The notes: a model not told the origin generated them from the letters alone. Counted from the first letter of the stretch, positions 1-11,755 are shown. The stretch: 64,000 nt of DNA from an uncultured Planctomycetaceae bacterium (GCA_963833985.1 CAWIAD010000002.1:2816001-2880000), one strand, 5' to 3'. Program-made: numbers and translations.

Positions 1-2
1 CA

Positions 3-644
3 CCCTTCGGCATCCAGACCATCGGCAACGCGATCTACGTGAGCTACGCCATGCAGGACGCAGCCAGGCACGATGACGTCGCAGGCGCAGGGCACGGCTT
101 TGTGGACGTCTATTCCTTGAGTGGATCGCTGCTCATGAAGCTGGGAGGTCCGGGGCTTCAACCCGAGCTCAATTCTCCGTGGGGCATCGTCCAGGCGCCG
201 GCGAGCTTCGGCCCGTTTGGGAATGCGATCCTGGTCGGCAACTTCGGCGATAGCCACATCAGTGCCTTCGACTCGACCACGGGCGCCTTTCTCGGCCAGT
301 TGAGCGACGCCCAGGGCCATCCGCTGGTGCTCGCCGGCGGTGTGTCGGGCAGCGATACGAAGGGTCTTTGGGGACTCTCCTTCGGGAATGGCAAAGGGTC
401 GGGAAGCACCAGCACGCTCTACTTCAACACTGGCTTCAACGACGAGCAGGACGGGCTCTTCGGCAGCCTGACGGCCAGCTCGGCCGCCACGGCCAGCGCG
501 CACTCGATCGTCGCGATTCCCGCGCACTCCGCTGGTGCGGCCTCGGCCCCGTCAGGCCGGACTTCCGCGGCCGCGGAGGCGATCGACATCGCCATCCTGT
601 CTCTGCTGGAGCATCGCGATCGGCTGCACCATCGCTCTGCGTGA
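3..644 (+). CDS. TIGR03118-family secreted protein, C-terminal part (5' truncated by window edge)
   Basis: Open frame from base 3 (PFGIQTIGNAIYVSYA...). Motifs LNSPWG, ILVGNFGD, GLWGLSFGNG and LYFNTG...GLFG are typical of this family. Confidence 0.75.
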   Translation, partial: PFGIQTIGNAIYVSYAMQDAARHDDVAGAGHGFVDVYSLSGSLLMKLGGPGLQPELNSPWGIVQAPASFGPFGNAILVGNFGDSHISAFDSTTGAFLGQLSDAQGHPLVLAGGVSGSDTKGLWGLSFGNGKGSGSTSTLYFNTGFNDEQDGLFGSLTASSAATASAHSIVAIPAHSAGAASAPSGRTSAAAEAIDIAILSLLEHRDRLHHRSA

Positions 645-852
645 GAGGTCAGATCGGGCTCTCTCGAGTACGGCTGGGTGCGCGGGGTCAGGGACGAGCC
701 CGCGGCACTCGGCCATCGCGCTTTCCGGATGTTACGAGATCCGTGCCGCGGCAGGCACCGTGGATGGCTCACGCCACCGGCATCCGGCTGGGGTTATGGC
801 GCCCGGGCCTGCAACGATAAGATGATCCTCGACACGGGAACGGAGGTGAGGC

Positions 853-1437
853 GTGAGCAGTGAGACATCGCAGGGAACAGTCGGTGAGTACATCGCGCGT
901 ATCCGGGCCGGCGACGAGGACGCGGCAAGCGAGCTGCTGCGGCGCTACGAACCGAAGGTGCGGCTGGTCGTACGGCGGCAACTGCCGCGGTTGCTGCGCT
1001 CGAAGTTCGACTCGCTGGATTTTCTCCAGAGCGTCTGGGGCAGCTTTTTCCATCGCGTTCGCACGGGAAGCACTGACATCGAGGACGAGCCGAACCTGGT
1101 CGCCTTTCTTACCTGGGCCGCACGCAATCGCGTCTTCGACGAGTACCGGCGCGCCTCGACCCGTAAGCATGACGTGCGCCGGGAGGAGCCGCTGGGCCAG
1201 GGCGATGATCCGGAGCAGGGCCTGGTCGCGTCCCTGGAAACCGCCAGCGAGATCGTGCAGGCCCGGGAGACCTACGAGCAACTGCGGAAACGGGTTCCCG
1301 AGGATCGGCAAGCCGTCTTGATGTTGAAAGCAGAAGGGTACTCCTGCCGCGAGATTGGCGAGCGCCTGGGCCTGAGCGAGCGGACCGTGCAGCGCGTCAT
1401 CGAGAGCCTCCGGGAGAGCACGCGGGATAGCTCGTGA
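853..1437 (+). CDS. ECF-type RNA polymerase sigma factor (kinase-associated type)
   Basis: GTG start after GGAGGTGAGG. Sigma2 region (GDEDAASELLRRY...FLTWAARNRVFDEYR) and sigma4 HTH (EGYSCREIGERLGLSERTVQR). Adjacent to a Ser/Thr kinase. Confidence 0.9.
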   Translation: MSSETSQGTVGEYIARIRAGDEDAASELLRRYEPKVRLVVRRQLPRLLRSKFDSLDFLQSVWGSFFHRVRTGSTDIEDEPNLVAFLTWAARNRVFDEYRRASTRKHDVRREEPLGQGDDPEQGLVASLETASEIVQARETYEQLRKRVPEDRQAVLMLKAEGYSCREIGERLGLSERTVQRVIESLRESTRDSS

Positions 1438-1449
1438 CGAGGTGGACCG

Positions 1450-4400
1450 ATGATTTCCGACCCACTCTGGGACCAGGCGGACGGCCCCGAGCCGCGATTG
1501 CTGGCAGAGCGGTTCGAGACCGCGTGGCGCGCGGGCCACATGCGGCGCCCGGACCCGGCAGAGTTCCTGAGCAGTGATCGTGCCGCGGACCCGGCCGCCC
1601 TGCTGGCTCTGCTGCGCACCGACCTGGTCTTGCATCACGAAGTGGGTGAGCCCCTCGCCGTCGAGAGCTACCGTGACCGCTTTCCCGGCCTGCCCGCCGC
1701 CGTGCTGGTCGCCCTGCTCTACGAGGAATACTGCCTGCGCGAGGACACCGCCCAGGCTCCGACCCTGAGCGAATACGAGCGCCGCTTTCCCGCGCTCGCG
1801 GGCGAGCTGCGCGAGATCCTCGAGATCCACAGCCTCGTCCGCAATGGACAGCACCGGGTCTCGCCCGCCACCGGCCTTCCCGCCTCTCCGTTCCCCGAGG
1901 TCAGCCAGACGATTGCCGGTTACCACCTGGTGGAGGAGCTGGGCCGCGGCGCCTTCGCGCGGGTCTTTCTGGCACGCGAACGCGCGCTGGCAGACCGCCT
2001 TGTGGCGCTGAAGGTGGCCCGCAACGGCTCGCGAGAGCCCCAGACGCTGGCCCGATTGCAGCACACACACATCGTGCCGGTGTACTCGTACCGGATCGAT
2101 CCGGCGACGGGCCTGCACATGTTATGCATGCCTTACCTGGGCAGCGTGACTCTCGCCGACATCCTGGCCTATCCTCGGTCAAGGAGCTGGAGATCCGGGG
2201 CCGACCTCGTCGCCGCGCTCGATGCGCTCGGCGCAAGCCCGATGACCGAAGTGCAACGTCCCGAGGGGAGGCGAGAGCTGATCGGCCGCTCCCATGCGCG
2301 TGCCGTCGCCTGGTGGGGAGCCCGGCTTGCCGAGGCGCTTCAGCATGCGCACGACCGTGGCGTGCTGCACCGCGACGTCAAGCCCTCGAACATCCTCATC
2401 ACTGGCGACGGTTTGCCGATGCTGCTGGATTTCAACCTGGCGCAGGAGTGCTGGGTGTCCGATCCACAGGCCGCCTCCGCCGCGCTGGGCGGAACCCTGG
2501 CCTACATGGCACCGGAGCATCTGGAAGCCCTCGCGGATGGGCATGGCCAGCGCGTGGACGGCCGTGCCGACGTGTATGCGCTGGGAGTGGTGCTGTTCGA
2601 GGCGTTGAATGACGGCCGGCGGCTTTTTGCGTCTCCGCGAACAAGCACTTCCGTCCCCGAGCTGTTACGCCGCGCCGCAAGGGAGCGGCGCGCAACGGTG
2701 CTCAGGCTGCGCGCCGTGCGTCCAGACATTCCACTGGAGCTCGAGGCCGTGGTAAGGCGCTGCCTGGCTCCGGACCCGGCGGAGCGGTATGCCGCCCCCT
2801 CTGAGCTTGCGGCGGACCTGCAAGCCGTTGCCGACGATGCGCCCTTGCGGCACGCCCCGGAACCGCTGACCAGCCAGGCCAGGCGCTGGCTGCGCCGGCA
2901 TCGCCGTACGCTGGCCCTGGCCGCTCCTGTCGTCCTGGTCCTGGCGTCGCTCGCCGTGATGACCGTCAATGCCAGGCTTGCCGGGCTCAAGCTCGCCGCG
3001 GAGATCGAGCTCGAGATGCGCGAGGCCGAGCATTCCTTTGCCGCCGATCAGCTCGAGCAGGCGGCGGGCCAGTTCGGCACGGCCATGCGGCTGGCGGCTG
3101 GCAGTCCGGCGCTCGTGTCGCTCCGGGACACCTGCCTGGAGCGCCGAAGTCTCGCGCTCGCGGCCAGGGAGGTGCGCGACCGTGCCGATGCACTCTCGCG
3201 GCAAGCCGAGACATTGCGCTTCGGTCTGCTTGGGTTCGGCGGCGATCCGCAAGCCGCGCTGCACGATGTCGAGGAGGTCCTCGGCAAGTTCGCGATTCCC
3301 GCCAGGGTGAACTGGTCCGATCAGCAGGAGCTGCAACTTCTGGATGCCCCTCGCCGCGCTCGCCTGTTTGCGGAAGCCAACGAGCTGCTGTTCCTGTGGA
3401 TCCTGGCGCTGGACCGCGGCCGTCCGGCGGAGCCGGAGAGAGACCGCCGGTCGCTGGAGCTCTGTCATGCCGCTCAGGTCTTTGCCGCGGATGCGGGTCC
3501 CTGGCCCGCCCTGACAGCACGCTACGAGGCACGCCTGGCCGGGCGGCGGGTGCGCCCGGCCGCGGATCTACCTCCGCCGGACGCATCGGCCCTGGCCTGC
3601 TTCCAGTGGGGCCTGCTACGTCACCTGGAGGGAAAGCCGGATGCAGCCATCGCCTGCCTGGAGCGCGCGGTACAGCTCAAGCCCGATGATTTCTGGTTTC
3701 AGTTCTACCTGGGCTACCGGCACCAACGCGCAGGACGCGTCCAGCAGGCGATCGAACACGACAGCGTGGCCATTTCGCATCGCTCCGAAATGCCCTGGGC
3801 CCTGTACAACCGGGCGCAGCTCCGCCGCCAGCAGGGGGAGTGGGAACTGGCCCTCGCCGACATCCAGAATGCCCTCGCCGCCGCCCGGAAAGGGGGCTTC
3901 GAGTTCATCGAGGCACGCCTGGAGCTGGGAGTCGTGCGCGAGTTTCTGGGCGATCTTGCGGCAGCACGCGCCGAGTATCAGAAGGTCATCGACGCCGGCG
4001 GAAAGGAAGCCTACACCCGGGCGGCCCGGCTCAACCTGGCCAAGCTCGATCTCAACAACGGATCCCGGGCACGGGCCCAGGCCCTGTGGAGCGTTCTCCG
4101 CACGCACGAGTCGCTTGATCCTGGCGAGCGTTTCAGCCTTGCCGTGCTGGCGATGCGGCTCGGTGAACCGGCATGGGCGGAGTCCAGCCTGACATCGCTG
4201 CTCCGCGACCGCGGTGGCGATGCAGCCGAGATCCGCTCGCAGCGCGCGGTCTGCCGGCTGGCGCTCGGCAAGAGCGCCGAGGCCTGGGCGGACGCTGATG
4301 CGGCGCTTTCACTTCATCCCTGCCCCGGGCACGAGCGGCTGCGGCTTCGCGCACTCCTCGCCAGTCGTCCCGCAGCCGACCTGCACGAGCTGTTCGTCCT

Positions 4401-5176
4401 GGACGACCCGGAGGAGGTCCGGCGGCTGGATGTGGCCGGTGGCACGTTCCAGCAGGATCTCCGCACCGCGGCACAGCGACTGCGCGTGCTGGCCCGGCGC
4501 CGAGCCGTCCTCGCCGCCCCGGCGTTGCGCACCTGCGCGGTGCTGCTTGCCACCCTTCGCGACCCGGACGCCGGACCGGAAGCAACCCGGGCGGTGGCTG
4601 CGGCGCCGACATCCGCCGATGGCTACCTGGTCCGTGCCCGCATCGCGCGGCTGGCGGGCAACTTGCACGCCGCGCTGGCCGATATCGGCGTGGGCCTGAC
4701 ACTCGCTCCGGCGGATCCAAGGCTGCGCGAGCTGCGCGGCCGGCTGCTGCTGGATCTGGGCAAGCCGGCAGCCGCTCTGACCGATCTCGACCACGTAGGC
4801 GTACGCGGGGTCCGCGGCCCGGCGCACGCGGCCCGCGCCTCGGCACTCGAGCTCCCTCGCTCGCGACCACGAAGCGCTGGACGCCTGGTCCGCTGCGCTG
4901 GCCTTCGACGCTGAGGATGCGCAGGCCTACCTGGGCCGGGCGCGGAGCTTGCTGCGGCTGGGCCGCTGGCAGGACGCCTGTGCCGACCTGGAGCAGGCGG
5001 CAGGATGGTCGCGGAACCGCCCCGGCCTGCTCCTCCGCATCACGCTGACGTATGCGACCTCCGTGGCGCTCCATCCCGGCAAGCTCCCTCATGCCAGGGA
5101 CCTTGCTCGCCAGACCCTGCAAGCCTGGACCAGCTCGCTGGCCACGGCGGGGACGGGAGCTGCATCCGGAGAGTGA
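1450..5176 (+). CDS. Membrane Ser/Thr protein kinase with C-terminal TPR repeats; apparent frameshift at ~4852
   Basis: LGRGAFARV, VALK, HRDVKPSN, LLDFNLA, GTLAYMAPE and DVYALG motifs, then a TM segment (LALAAPVVLVLASLAV) and TPRs. The TPR pattern continues in another frame (RDHEALDAWSAALAFDAEDAQAYLGRARSLLRLGRW) to TGA at 5176. Confidence 0.85.
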
Positions 5177-5187
5177 GCCCCCGCGGA

Positions 5188-6648
5188 TCAGAGCAGGGGG
5201 AATGGTCCATTGCGCGGCTTCCTGGCCGCCCGAGTCGGGACTCGGGGCCGGAAGAACGCACGCCGGTGCGGCAACAGATCGAGGAACTGTGCCGGATCGA
5301 TGGATATGCCGTAAGCTGCGGCCAGGGCCGCGTAGCACGTGCCCGCGGAGACGGAGGGCGGACCGGCCGGCTGCTGTGCTCGCAACCCCGGGGCCGCAAT
5401 GGCCACCATCAAGGGGCCAAGGGCGGCCGCGCATGGTTCCGTTGTGGTCGTGACCGCACCTTCGATGAGCCCGTGGCCATTGGCCCGGGACGTCGTCTCC
5501 CGCTCGCCTTCTTGCCAGTCACCGGTCGCGGTCGCGGCCAGGACCGGCAACCCGCCCGGCCCCTGGATGGCGACCAGGGGCCGCGGTCCCTCGGAATCAT
5601 CTCCATCGCCTGAACGATTCTCGAATGCGTGGGCGAAAGCCACTGCACCCGAGGGTCGGTCCGCGAGCAAGTCCGAGCGACCTGGCGCCGGGGCGGCCAT
5701 GGCAAGCGTGACGGTGGGAGCGGTGTCGGACAGGAATCCGGCCGAAGGGGCAGCCGCCAGCGCCGAGGAGTGGGCCGAGGTCAATGCCGACGCACTCATG
5801 GCGGACGCGCTGCCGGTAGACCCTGCCGAGACGGACACGTCCCGTCCCGGTCCTGCGAAATTGAGAGGGCCGGCTGCCGTGATCGCGGCCTCGGACGCAC
5901 CTCCGTCCAGGCTCAACCCCGCGGACCCCGCCTCGGCGGACGAGGCTCGCAGGAACCACAGCTGGTAATTCACGGCGGTTCCATCCTGGCCGGAGTTCGC
6001 GGAATCAACTCCGATATAGACGTTCGAGCCGCTCACGAGCCCGGAGAGCCCGGACACGACGCTCCGGTCGACCACGCCGCCGGAGGTCGTCGCCGTCGCG
6101 AGCACCCGCCCCTGGGCGTCAAAGATCCACAGCCGCAGCGTGGGGGTACTGCCGTTCAGGCCCGCAGCAACAGCCAGGCGCAGGGCGAGTATCCCCGAGC
6201 CGAGCTGCACGCGGTAAAGATCGACCGCGTCGCCGCTGTCGTATGAGCCGGGGACCCCGACGAACGGAACATTCGGGATCTCCTGCGCCGTGGCGACGGT
6301 GCCATGAAATCCCGGCGTCTCCGGCACGACCACGTACGAAGCCGAACCCGAAGACGGAGCGTACGACTCGTTATGCTCTGAGGATGCAGCCGGCCCCGGG
6401 TTTTCGTGAGAGTCGACGCCAGGACGAGCGACCGCTGCCGCGGGTTGTGGCGCGAGGGTCCACCTGCGGACCGCCAGGAACGGGTCCAGGCCGGCGGCCC
6501 GAGCGTCCATGAGAGACGAGCCGCCCGCCATCAGGAGACGAGGCTCCAGGACTTCCAGGCAGATTCGCGATCGATCCGCGCGCTGCCTGGAAAGGACCGG
6601 GTCTCGTTTCCGCCGGCCTGAACTGGGACGGAGAGGTCGGCGCTGCAT
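5188..6648 (-). CDS. Secreted protein with planctomycete LEPRxLL leader and PPC-like domain
   Basis: Basic N-terminus followed by LEVLEPRLLMA. ATAQEI...DAVDLYRV...LRLWIFDAQGRVLA resembles a pre-peptidase C-terminal (PPC) domain. Confidence 0.6.
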   Translation of the reverse strand: MQRRPLRPSSGRRKRDPVLSRQRADRSRICLEVLEPRLLMAGGSSLMDARAAGLDPFLAVRRWTLAPQPAAAVARPGVDSHENPGPAASSEHNESYAPSSGSASYVVVPETPGFHGTVATAQEIPNVPFVGVPGSYDSGDAVDLYRVQLGSGILALRLAVAAGLNGSTPTLRLWIFDAQGRVLATATTSGGVVDRSVVSGLSGLVSGSNVYIGVDSANSGQDGTAVNYQLWFLRASSAEAGSAGLSLDGGASEAAITAAGPLNFAGPGRDVSVSAGSTGSASAMSASALTSAHSSALAAAPSAGFLSDTAPTVTLAMAAPAPGRSDLLADRPSGAVAFAHAFENRSGDGDDSEGPRPLVAIQGPGGLPVLAATATGDWQEGERETTSRANGHGLIEGAVTTTTEPCAAALGPLMVAIAAPGLRAQQPAGPPSVSAGTCYAALAAAYGISIDPAQFLDLLPHRRAFFRPRVPTRAARKPRNGPFPLL

Positions 6649-7152
6649 TGCGAACTTTCCGCAGTTAAAGCCTGATGCGGGGACGACGCCGACGTGTGAT
6701 CATCCTACGGTGCCGGGAACCTCGAATACCAACTGAAAATCTCGGAACCCGCATGCCCGCGGGCCATTTCGCCGGACTCTCCTTCTGCTTTGACGCGGAA
6801 CCAGGACGGATCCCGACACGATTTCTTGTGACATTTTTCGATCGCCCGCGCTGGCGCGATCGCCCCGGGCTCGGTCCGCTGGATCACGTAGCAGCAAGCG
6901 CCCCGGCGCGCCTGGTGGGAACGCTCGGTTCTGCTCAACGGTGGACACGAAAACCAGATTCGCGGCGAGGTCTTCCTCTGGCAGGGCGCAGGGATGCGTC
7001 CGGCCTGGCCGCCTTCCGGCCTTGAAGCTCTCTTGCATGAGAGACGCACAAGGTGCTGAACTGGGGTGGCTTCCCGAGGAAGATGGCGTCGTGACCCGGT
7101 TGGCGAGAGACGTCCCCTCGCGGTTTCAGGCTCCTGTACCCACGGCTTGTCC

Positions 7153-8832
7153 ATGTCGCGATTGACTCTCTGGCTGTGCCTGGCGGCGTCGCTTGGCTGG
7201 GGCGTTTTGCTGCGCATCCCGCTCATGATCAACGCCCAGGCGCACCTGGATAGCGACCTGGCGGTGGACGGGCTGACGCTGCGGGAGGCCGTGCATGGGC
7301 ACTGGCGCTGGCACTACCCAGGCACGCCGTACACGGGCACCGGGGCAGTGCTTCTGAGCTGGCCGCAGGCGCGGATCTGGGGGGCGAATGCGGTCACGCT
7401 CGTGAGCGGGGGAACGGTCGCGCACGGGCTTGTGACGCTGGCCGTCTTTCTGCTGGCCTGGCGCGTCTTCGGGCGCACCGTGGCACTCTGCAGCCTTTTC
7501 CCGCTGACCTTCGCGTCCACCGGCGAGCTCTGGCTGTCGGGGCGGATCACCGGCGGGCACCTCCTGGTTGTGGCCTGGAGCGCGTGGGCGTGGCTGCTGC
7601 TGCATGAGTTCTGCCTGCGCCGCAGCGTGCCGGCGGCGCTTGTGCTGGGGCTCTGGTGTGGTCTGGGCATGTATCTGGACTCGATGTTCACGATCACGCT
7701 GGCGGCGCTGGCTGGCGGCGGACTGGCGGCCCTGGTGCTGGCCCGAAGGGAGAGTCGCCGCGCCGGCGGCGCCGCGCCGGCAAGCCAGCGCACGCGGGCT
7801 GCCGCGCTGGCAGGTCGTGCGGTGCTGGTGCTGGCATTCCTTGTGGGGCTGGCGCCGCGGATCATTGGCCAGCAGCTCGATCCGCACGACCCCTACCACG
7901 AGCAGTTCTCCTGGAGCCTCGAATCGCAGGTTCTGGCCGGGCACGGGCGCATCCTCGTGCTCGATTGCCTTCCCCGGCTGGTGGCCGGCCACCGCCTGCC
8001 TGGCCTGGAGGCCGACCCGGACCCCGCGCTGCTGGGCACCGCAGGGCCAGTCCGGCGCGGTGTGGGAGGCGGAGGATCGTTTCACGGCTGGTCGCTGCTG
8101 CTTGCGGTCCTGGCGCTTGGTTACTTCGCCGCGTCGCTCGCAGCGCTCGGTGCCATGGCCGTCCGCGGTCGCGAGCCCGGCCAGCGGGTCGTCGCCGCGG
8201 GACTCTTTGCATCGGCGCTGGTGATTGCCGCCGGGTTCCTGGTCAATCGCAATATCTTCAACTCGGACAACTACCGGTATCTCGTGCTACTGATCGTCCC
8301 CCAGGCGATTGGCAGCGGGCTGGTGCTGCGCCTTGCGGCGCACGCGCGACGGCCGATCCGGTGCGGGGCCACGGCCCTGGTGCTCACCCTGGGCGCGCTC
8401 TACACCGGCGACGCCGTGACGTGGTATCGTCGTTTCGGGTGGATCGATGGGAGGTTGGTGCCGGTCCAGGCTCGGCCGGTTGACCAGGCGCTTGCGTGGC
8501 TGCGGGACCATCCCGAGATCCGTTCGATCTTCGGCGATTACTGGGATGTTTACCGGCTGGCTTTCCTGAGCGGCAGAGCGGTGGAAGGCGTGCCGTTCCC
8601 GCTCTATCCGAACCGCTTTCCGGAGTGGTCGGCCGGACTGCCTGAGGATCGGCCGGAAACGCTGCTGGCCCGGCGGTCGCCGGAGGGTCGACTGTTCCTG
8701 CGTCGTGCGCTTCGCCAGGGTGGAACCGTCCTCCACCAGCAAGGCGGGCTGACCGTCGTACACTGGCCGTGGCCGGCGTCGGCGTCGGAGTCGGAATCGG
8801 CGCCGGTGTCGGCAGAGGCATCAGCGCCCTGA
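7153..8832 (+). CDS. Polytopic membrane protein, probable GT-C-fold glycosyltransferase
   Basis: Many TM helices. Acidic DSD motif in the first loop (HLDSDLAVDG), YRYL after a late TM helix, and a C-terminal soluble domain with DYW. Confidence 0.55.
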   Translation: MSRLTLWLCLAASLGWGVLLRIPLMINAQAHLDSDLAVDGLTLREAVHGHWRWHYPGTPYTGTGAVLLSWPQARIWGANAVTLVSGGTVAHGLVTLAVFLLAWRVFGRTVALCSLFPLTFASTGELWLSGRITGGHLLVVAWSAWAWLLLHEFCLRRSVPAALVLGLWCGLGMYLDSMFTITLAALAGGGLAALVLARRESRRAGGAAPASQRTRAAALAGRAVLVLAFLVGLAPRIIGQQLDPHDPYHEQFSWSLESQVLAGHGRILVLDCLPRLVAGHRLPGLEADPDPALLGTAGPVRRGVGGGGSFHGWSLLLAVLALGYFAASLAALGAMAVRGREPGQRVVAAGLFASALVIAAGFLVNRNIFNSDNYRYLVLLIVPQAIGSGLVLRLAAHARRPIRCGATALVLTLGALYTGDAVTWYRRFGWIDGRLVPVQARPVDQALAWLRDHPEIRSIFGDYWDVYRLAFLSGRAVEGVPFPLYPNRFPEWSAGLPEDRPETLLARRSPEGRLFLRRALRQGGTVLHQQGGLTVVHWPWPASASESESAPVSAEASAP

Positions 8833-8890
8833 GTCAGTCGGGGCATCGTCCAGCTTGTTCGCGGGCCTGGCAACGTATCGAGGGGCCGTC

Positions 8891-11530
8891 GTGGCAGGAG
8901 CAGTTGCAGAGCCGGAGGCAACGCAGGCCCCGGCGCAAGGTGATACCTGGTTCGTGCGAACGGCCCGGAGCCCGGCGGACCTGGCTGCCCTGCTGGTCTG
9001 GACACTCGCAGTGGTCTGGCTCTTCCGCGAGGCCGTCCTGCTCCGCGGCGCGCTCTTCTACTTCGACATCACCGAGATCAACTTCCCCTACCGGGCGTTC
9101 TTCGCCGCCGAGCTGAGGGCTGGGCGATTCTCGCGCTGGTGTCCGCTGCTGTACTGCGGCATGCCGCTCTACAGCGAAAGTCAGGCGGGCTACCTGCACC
9201 CGCTGAAGTACCTGCTCTATCCCTGGATGGAGACCTGGAAGGCGTTCAACCTGGACACGGTGCTCTCGATCTGGCTCACCGGCCTTGGCACGTACGGATG
9301 GCTGCGCCGGCACGTTCGCCCGGCGGCCGCGCTCACGGGCGCGGGTCTCTTCGGGCTGGGAGGCTTCACCTGGGCGCACCTGGTTCACACCAGCATGATC
9401 AACGCGCTGGCGAGCGTGCCGTTTGTCATCTGGGGGCTGGAATGGTCCTGGCAGGACGGCCGCTGGCGCGGGATCATCCTGGCGGCCCTGGCCCTGGCGT
9501 GTGAGGTCTTCGCGGGGCATCTCCAGGACGTGCTGCTCACGTCTGGAATCGTCGCGCTCTATGGGCTGTACCGGTTCGCCACCGGGCCGCCGAGGCCAGC
9601 GCGGCGCGATCTGGCAATGGCCGCGGGGCTGATCGGCCTGGGCGTGCTGATCTCGGCCGTGCAATGGATCCCGTCCAAGGAGCTGCTCGACCGCTCGCCC
9701 AGGGCCGGCGGGCTGAGTTACAAGGAACTGACCTACGCTTCCTGGTCTCTCGAGCTGCTGCCGACGCTGGCGATGCGCGAAGCCTACGGCACGCGGGCCC
9801 GCGATACCGACTGGATGAACGGGTTCTATCCCTATCACGAAATGGACGCCTACCTCGGGCTGCTGGGGCTGGCCCTGGCGGTGATCGGCGCGGGAGGGCC
9901 GGGTCTGCGCGATCGCTGGACGGGCTTCTGGGTGCTGCTGGCGGCCCTCGGCGGGGTGCTCATGCTCGGTCGGTTCACTTTCCTGTTCGACTACGCGAAC
10001 CGGATTCCCGTGCTGGGCAGCTCGCGGGAGCCGGTCCGGTTCCACCTCTGGGTGTCGCTGGCGGTGGCCGCGCTGGCGGCCACCGGCGTGGAGCGACTGG
10101 CCCGGCCGGGCTTCGTGCGGCTCCGCTGGGCGGCCCTGCTGGTTGCGGGGCTGATCGCCGTCTCGATCCCGATCATGGTCTTCATCTATTCGCCCGTCTG
10201 GACCGATCCGGGGCGCTGGAGCACCGCGTACCACCTTCAGCGTTACGCCTGGCTGGGGAAAGAGCTCCAGCGCGCCGGGGCGCGCGACGCGGTCTTGATC
10301 GTGCTGGGTCTGGCGGTTGCCTGGTGCGCCAGCCGATCCCGGCTGGCCCGGACGAGGGGGGTCCTGGCCTGGGTGTTCCCGATTCTCGTCCTGGTTGACC
10401 TGGGCTGGGCACACATGCACGATGCACCGACGGTGGACCCGGCCTACTGGACCACTCCGCCGGAGACGGTGGTCCGGCTCAAGTCCGACCCGGGCTTCAT
10501 CCGGGTGTTTGGGCGCGGCGACAAGCATTCCGGCGAGCCGGGCCATGCGTCGGAGGCCATCGATTATCTGCCGGCGCGCGACGCGCTGGACTGGAGCTTG
10601 CCGGCGGTCTGGGGGCTGGCCTCATCCAAGGGAGAGACGCCGATGATTCCGCGCCGCCTGCTGGATTACTTCGACCACGTGCAGCGCGGGACCGGGCGGT
10701 TCGACATCGAGTGCGTCAGCCACTTCGTCACGGGACGAGCCCTGAGGAAAACTTCGACCTCGGGCGAGCCCGTGGGCATTGCGTTCATTCATCGCAACCC
10801 CGGCGTGCTCCCCAGGGCCCGGTTGCTGGGCCGGCCGGTGTACGTGGCAGACGCGGCCGAGGGAGTGCAGGCTCTGGAGCGTCTCGGACCGGAGAACTTG
10901 AAACGGCTGATCGTGGAGGACGCGGACCGGCCGCTCGACCCGGACGCCGGGGTTTCGGGAACGGCCCGGATCATCACCGATCTGCCCGAGCGGGTGGCCG
11001 TCGCGACTGAAGCTTCAACGCCGGCCTACCTGTTCCTGGCCGACACCTTCGATCCCGGCTGGTCGGCCACCGTGGATGGTAAGCCAGCGCCGATCCGCCC
11101 GGCCTACGTGGCATTTCGAGCGGTGGCACTGCCGGCGGGGTCGCATACGGTCGTGTTCCGTTACGTGCCCGCCGGCTTCAAGCTGGGGCTGGCGATCTCG
11201 CTCGCAGGGCTCTTGCTTGCGATCCTCGTCTGGCTGCGGCCGGCTCTGGCCATTTCCATGACCCGTTTGAGTTCGACGAGCATCTTGCTCGCGAGCGTCC
11301 TCCGGCTGCGGCCGGCTGCGGCCGGTTCACCGTACGGCGACCACCTGGTGCTGGACCGGGCGCCCTGGTTCCGCAAGCGGCTCTTCCTGGCGCTGGCGTT
11401 CATCGTGGCGGTCTCCACTGTGAAAATCGCTCCGGGGCCGAGGCTCACGGTGCACGACCGCTGGACCGGCGGCGTTCACCGTTTCACCTGGGGCGCGGGG
11501 ATCGCGGCGATGAAGGATAACCGGCAATGA
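8891..11530 (+). CDS. YfhO-family membrane protein (GT-C-like)
   Basis: N-terminal D...P motif, W.P...CGMP, QAG.LHP and LISAVQWIP. C-terminal LADTFDPGWSATVDG...FRAVALPAGSHTVVFRY is YfhO-like. Start could also be TTG at 8855. Confidence 0.75.
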   Translation: MAGAVAEPEATQAPAQGDTWFVRTARSPADLAALLVWTLAVVWLFREAVLLRGALFYFDITEINFPYRAFFAAELRAGRFSRWCPLLYCGMPLYSESQAGYLHPLKYLLYPWMETWKAFNLDTVLSIWLTGLGTYGWLRRHVRPAAALTGAGLFGLGGFTWAHLVHTSMINALASVPFVIWGLEWSWQDGRWRGIILAALALACEVFAGHLQDVLLTSGIVALYGLYRFATGPPRPARRDLAMAAGLIGLGVLISAVQWIPSKELLDRSPRAGGLSYKELTYASWSLELLPTLAMREAYGTRARDTDWMNGFYPYHEMDAYLGLLGLALAVIGAGGPGLRDRWTGFWVLLAALGGVLMLGRFTFLFDYANRIPVLGSSREPVRFHLWVSLAVAALAATGVERLARPGFVRLRWAALLVAGLIAVSIPIMVFIYSPVWTDPGRWSTAYHLQRYAWLGKELQRAGARDAVLIVLGLAVAWCASRSRLARTRGVLAWVFPILVLVDLGWAHMHDAPTVDPAYWTTPPETVVRLKSDPGFIRVFGRGDKHSGEPGHASEAIDYLPARDALDWSLPAVWGLASSKGETPMIPRRLLDYFDHVQRGTGRFDIECVSHFVTGRALRKTSTSGEPVGIAFIHRNPGVLPRARLLGRPVYVADAAEGVQALERLGPENLKRLIVEDADRPLDPDAGVSGTARIITDLPERVAVATEASTPAYLFLADTFDPGWSATVDGKPAPIRPAYVAFRAVALPAGSHTVVFRYVPAGFKLGLAISLAGLLLAILVWLRPALAISMTRLSSTSILLASVLRLRPAAAGSPYGDHLVLDRAPWFRKRLFLALAFIVAVSTVKIAPGPRLTVHDRWTGGVHRFTWGAGIAAMKDNRQ

Positions 11531-11755
11531 TTCAGCCGGAGTTCGCAGCGGACGCCATCCCTTGCATGCTGAACCCGTGCGATCGCGCCGGGGTTGAGGT
11601 CGGGAAGTGCCGGCAACCGCGGAACTCCGTTTCTTGAAGCTCAGGATCCTCTCCGGTACTCATCCCCGGGCGCGAGGAATCCCCCTTGTCCCTGGTCCGG
11701 CAGTCCCATCTTACCCATAGATGCAAGCATGATGCGGCGGCTCGCTGATGAGGGA

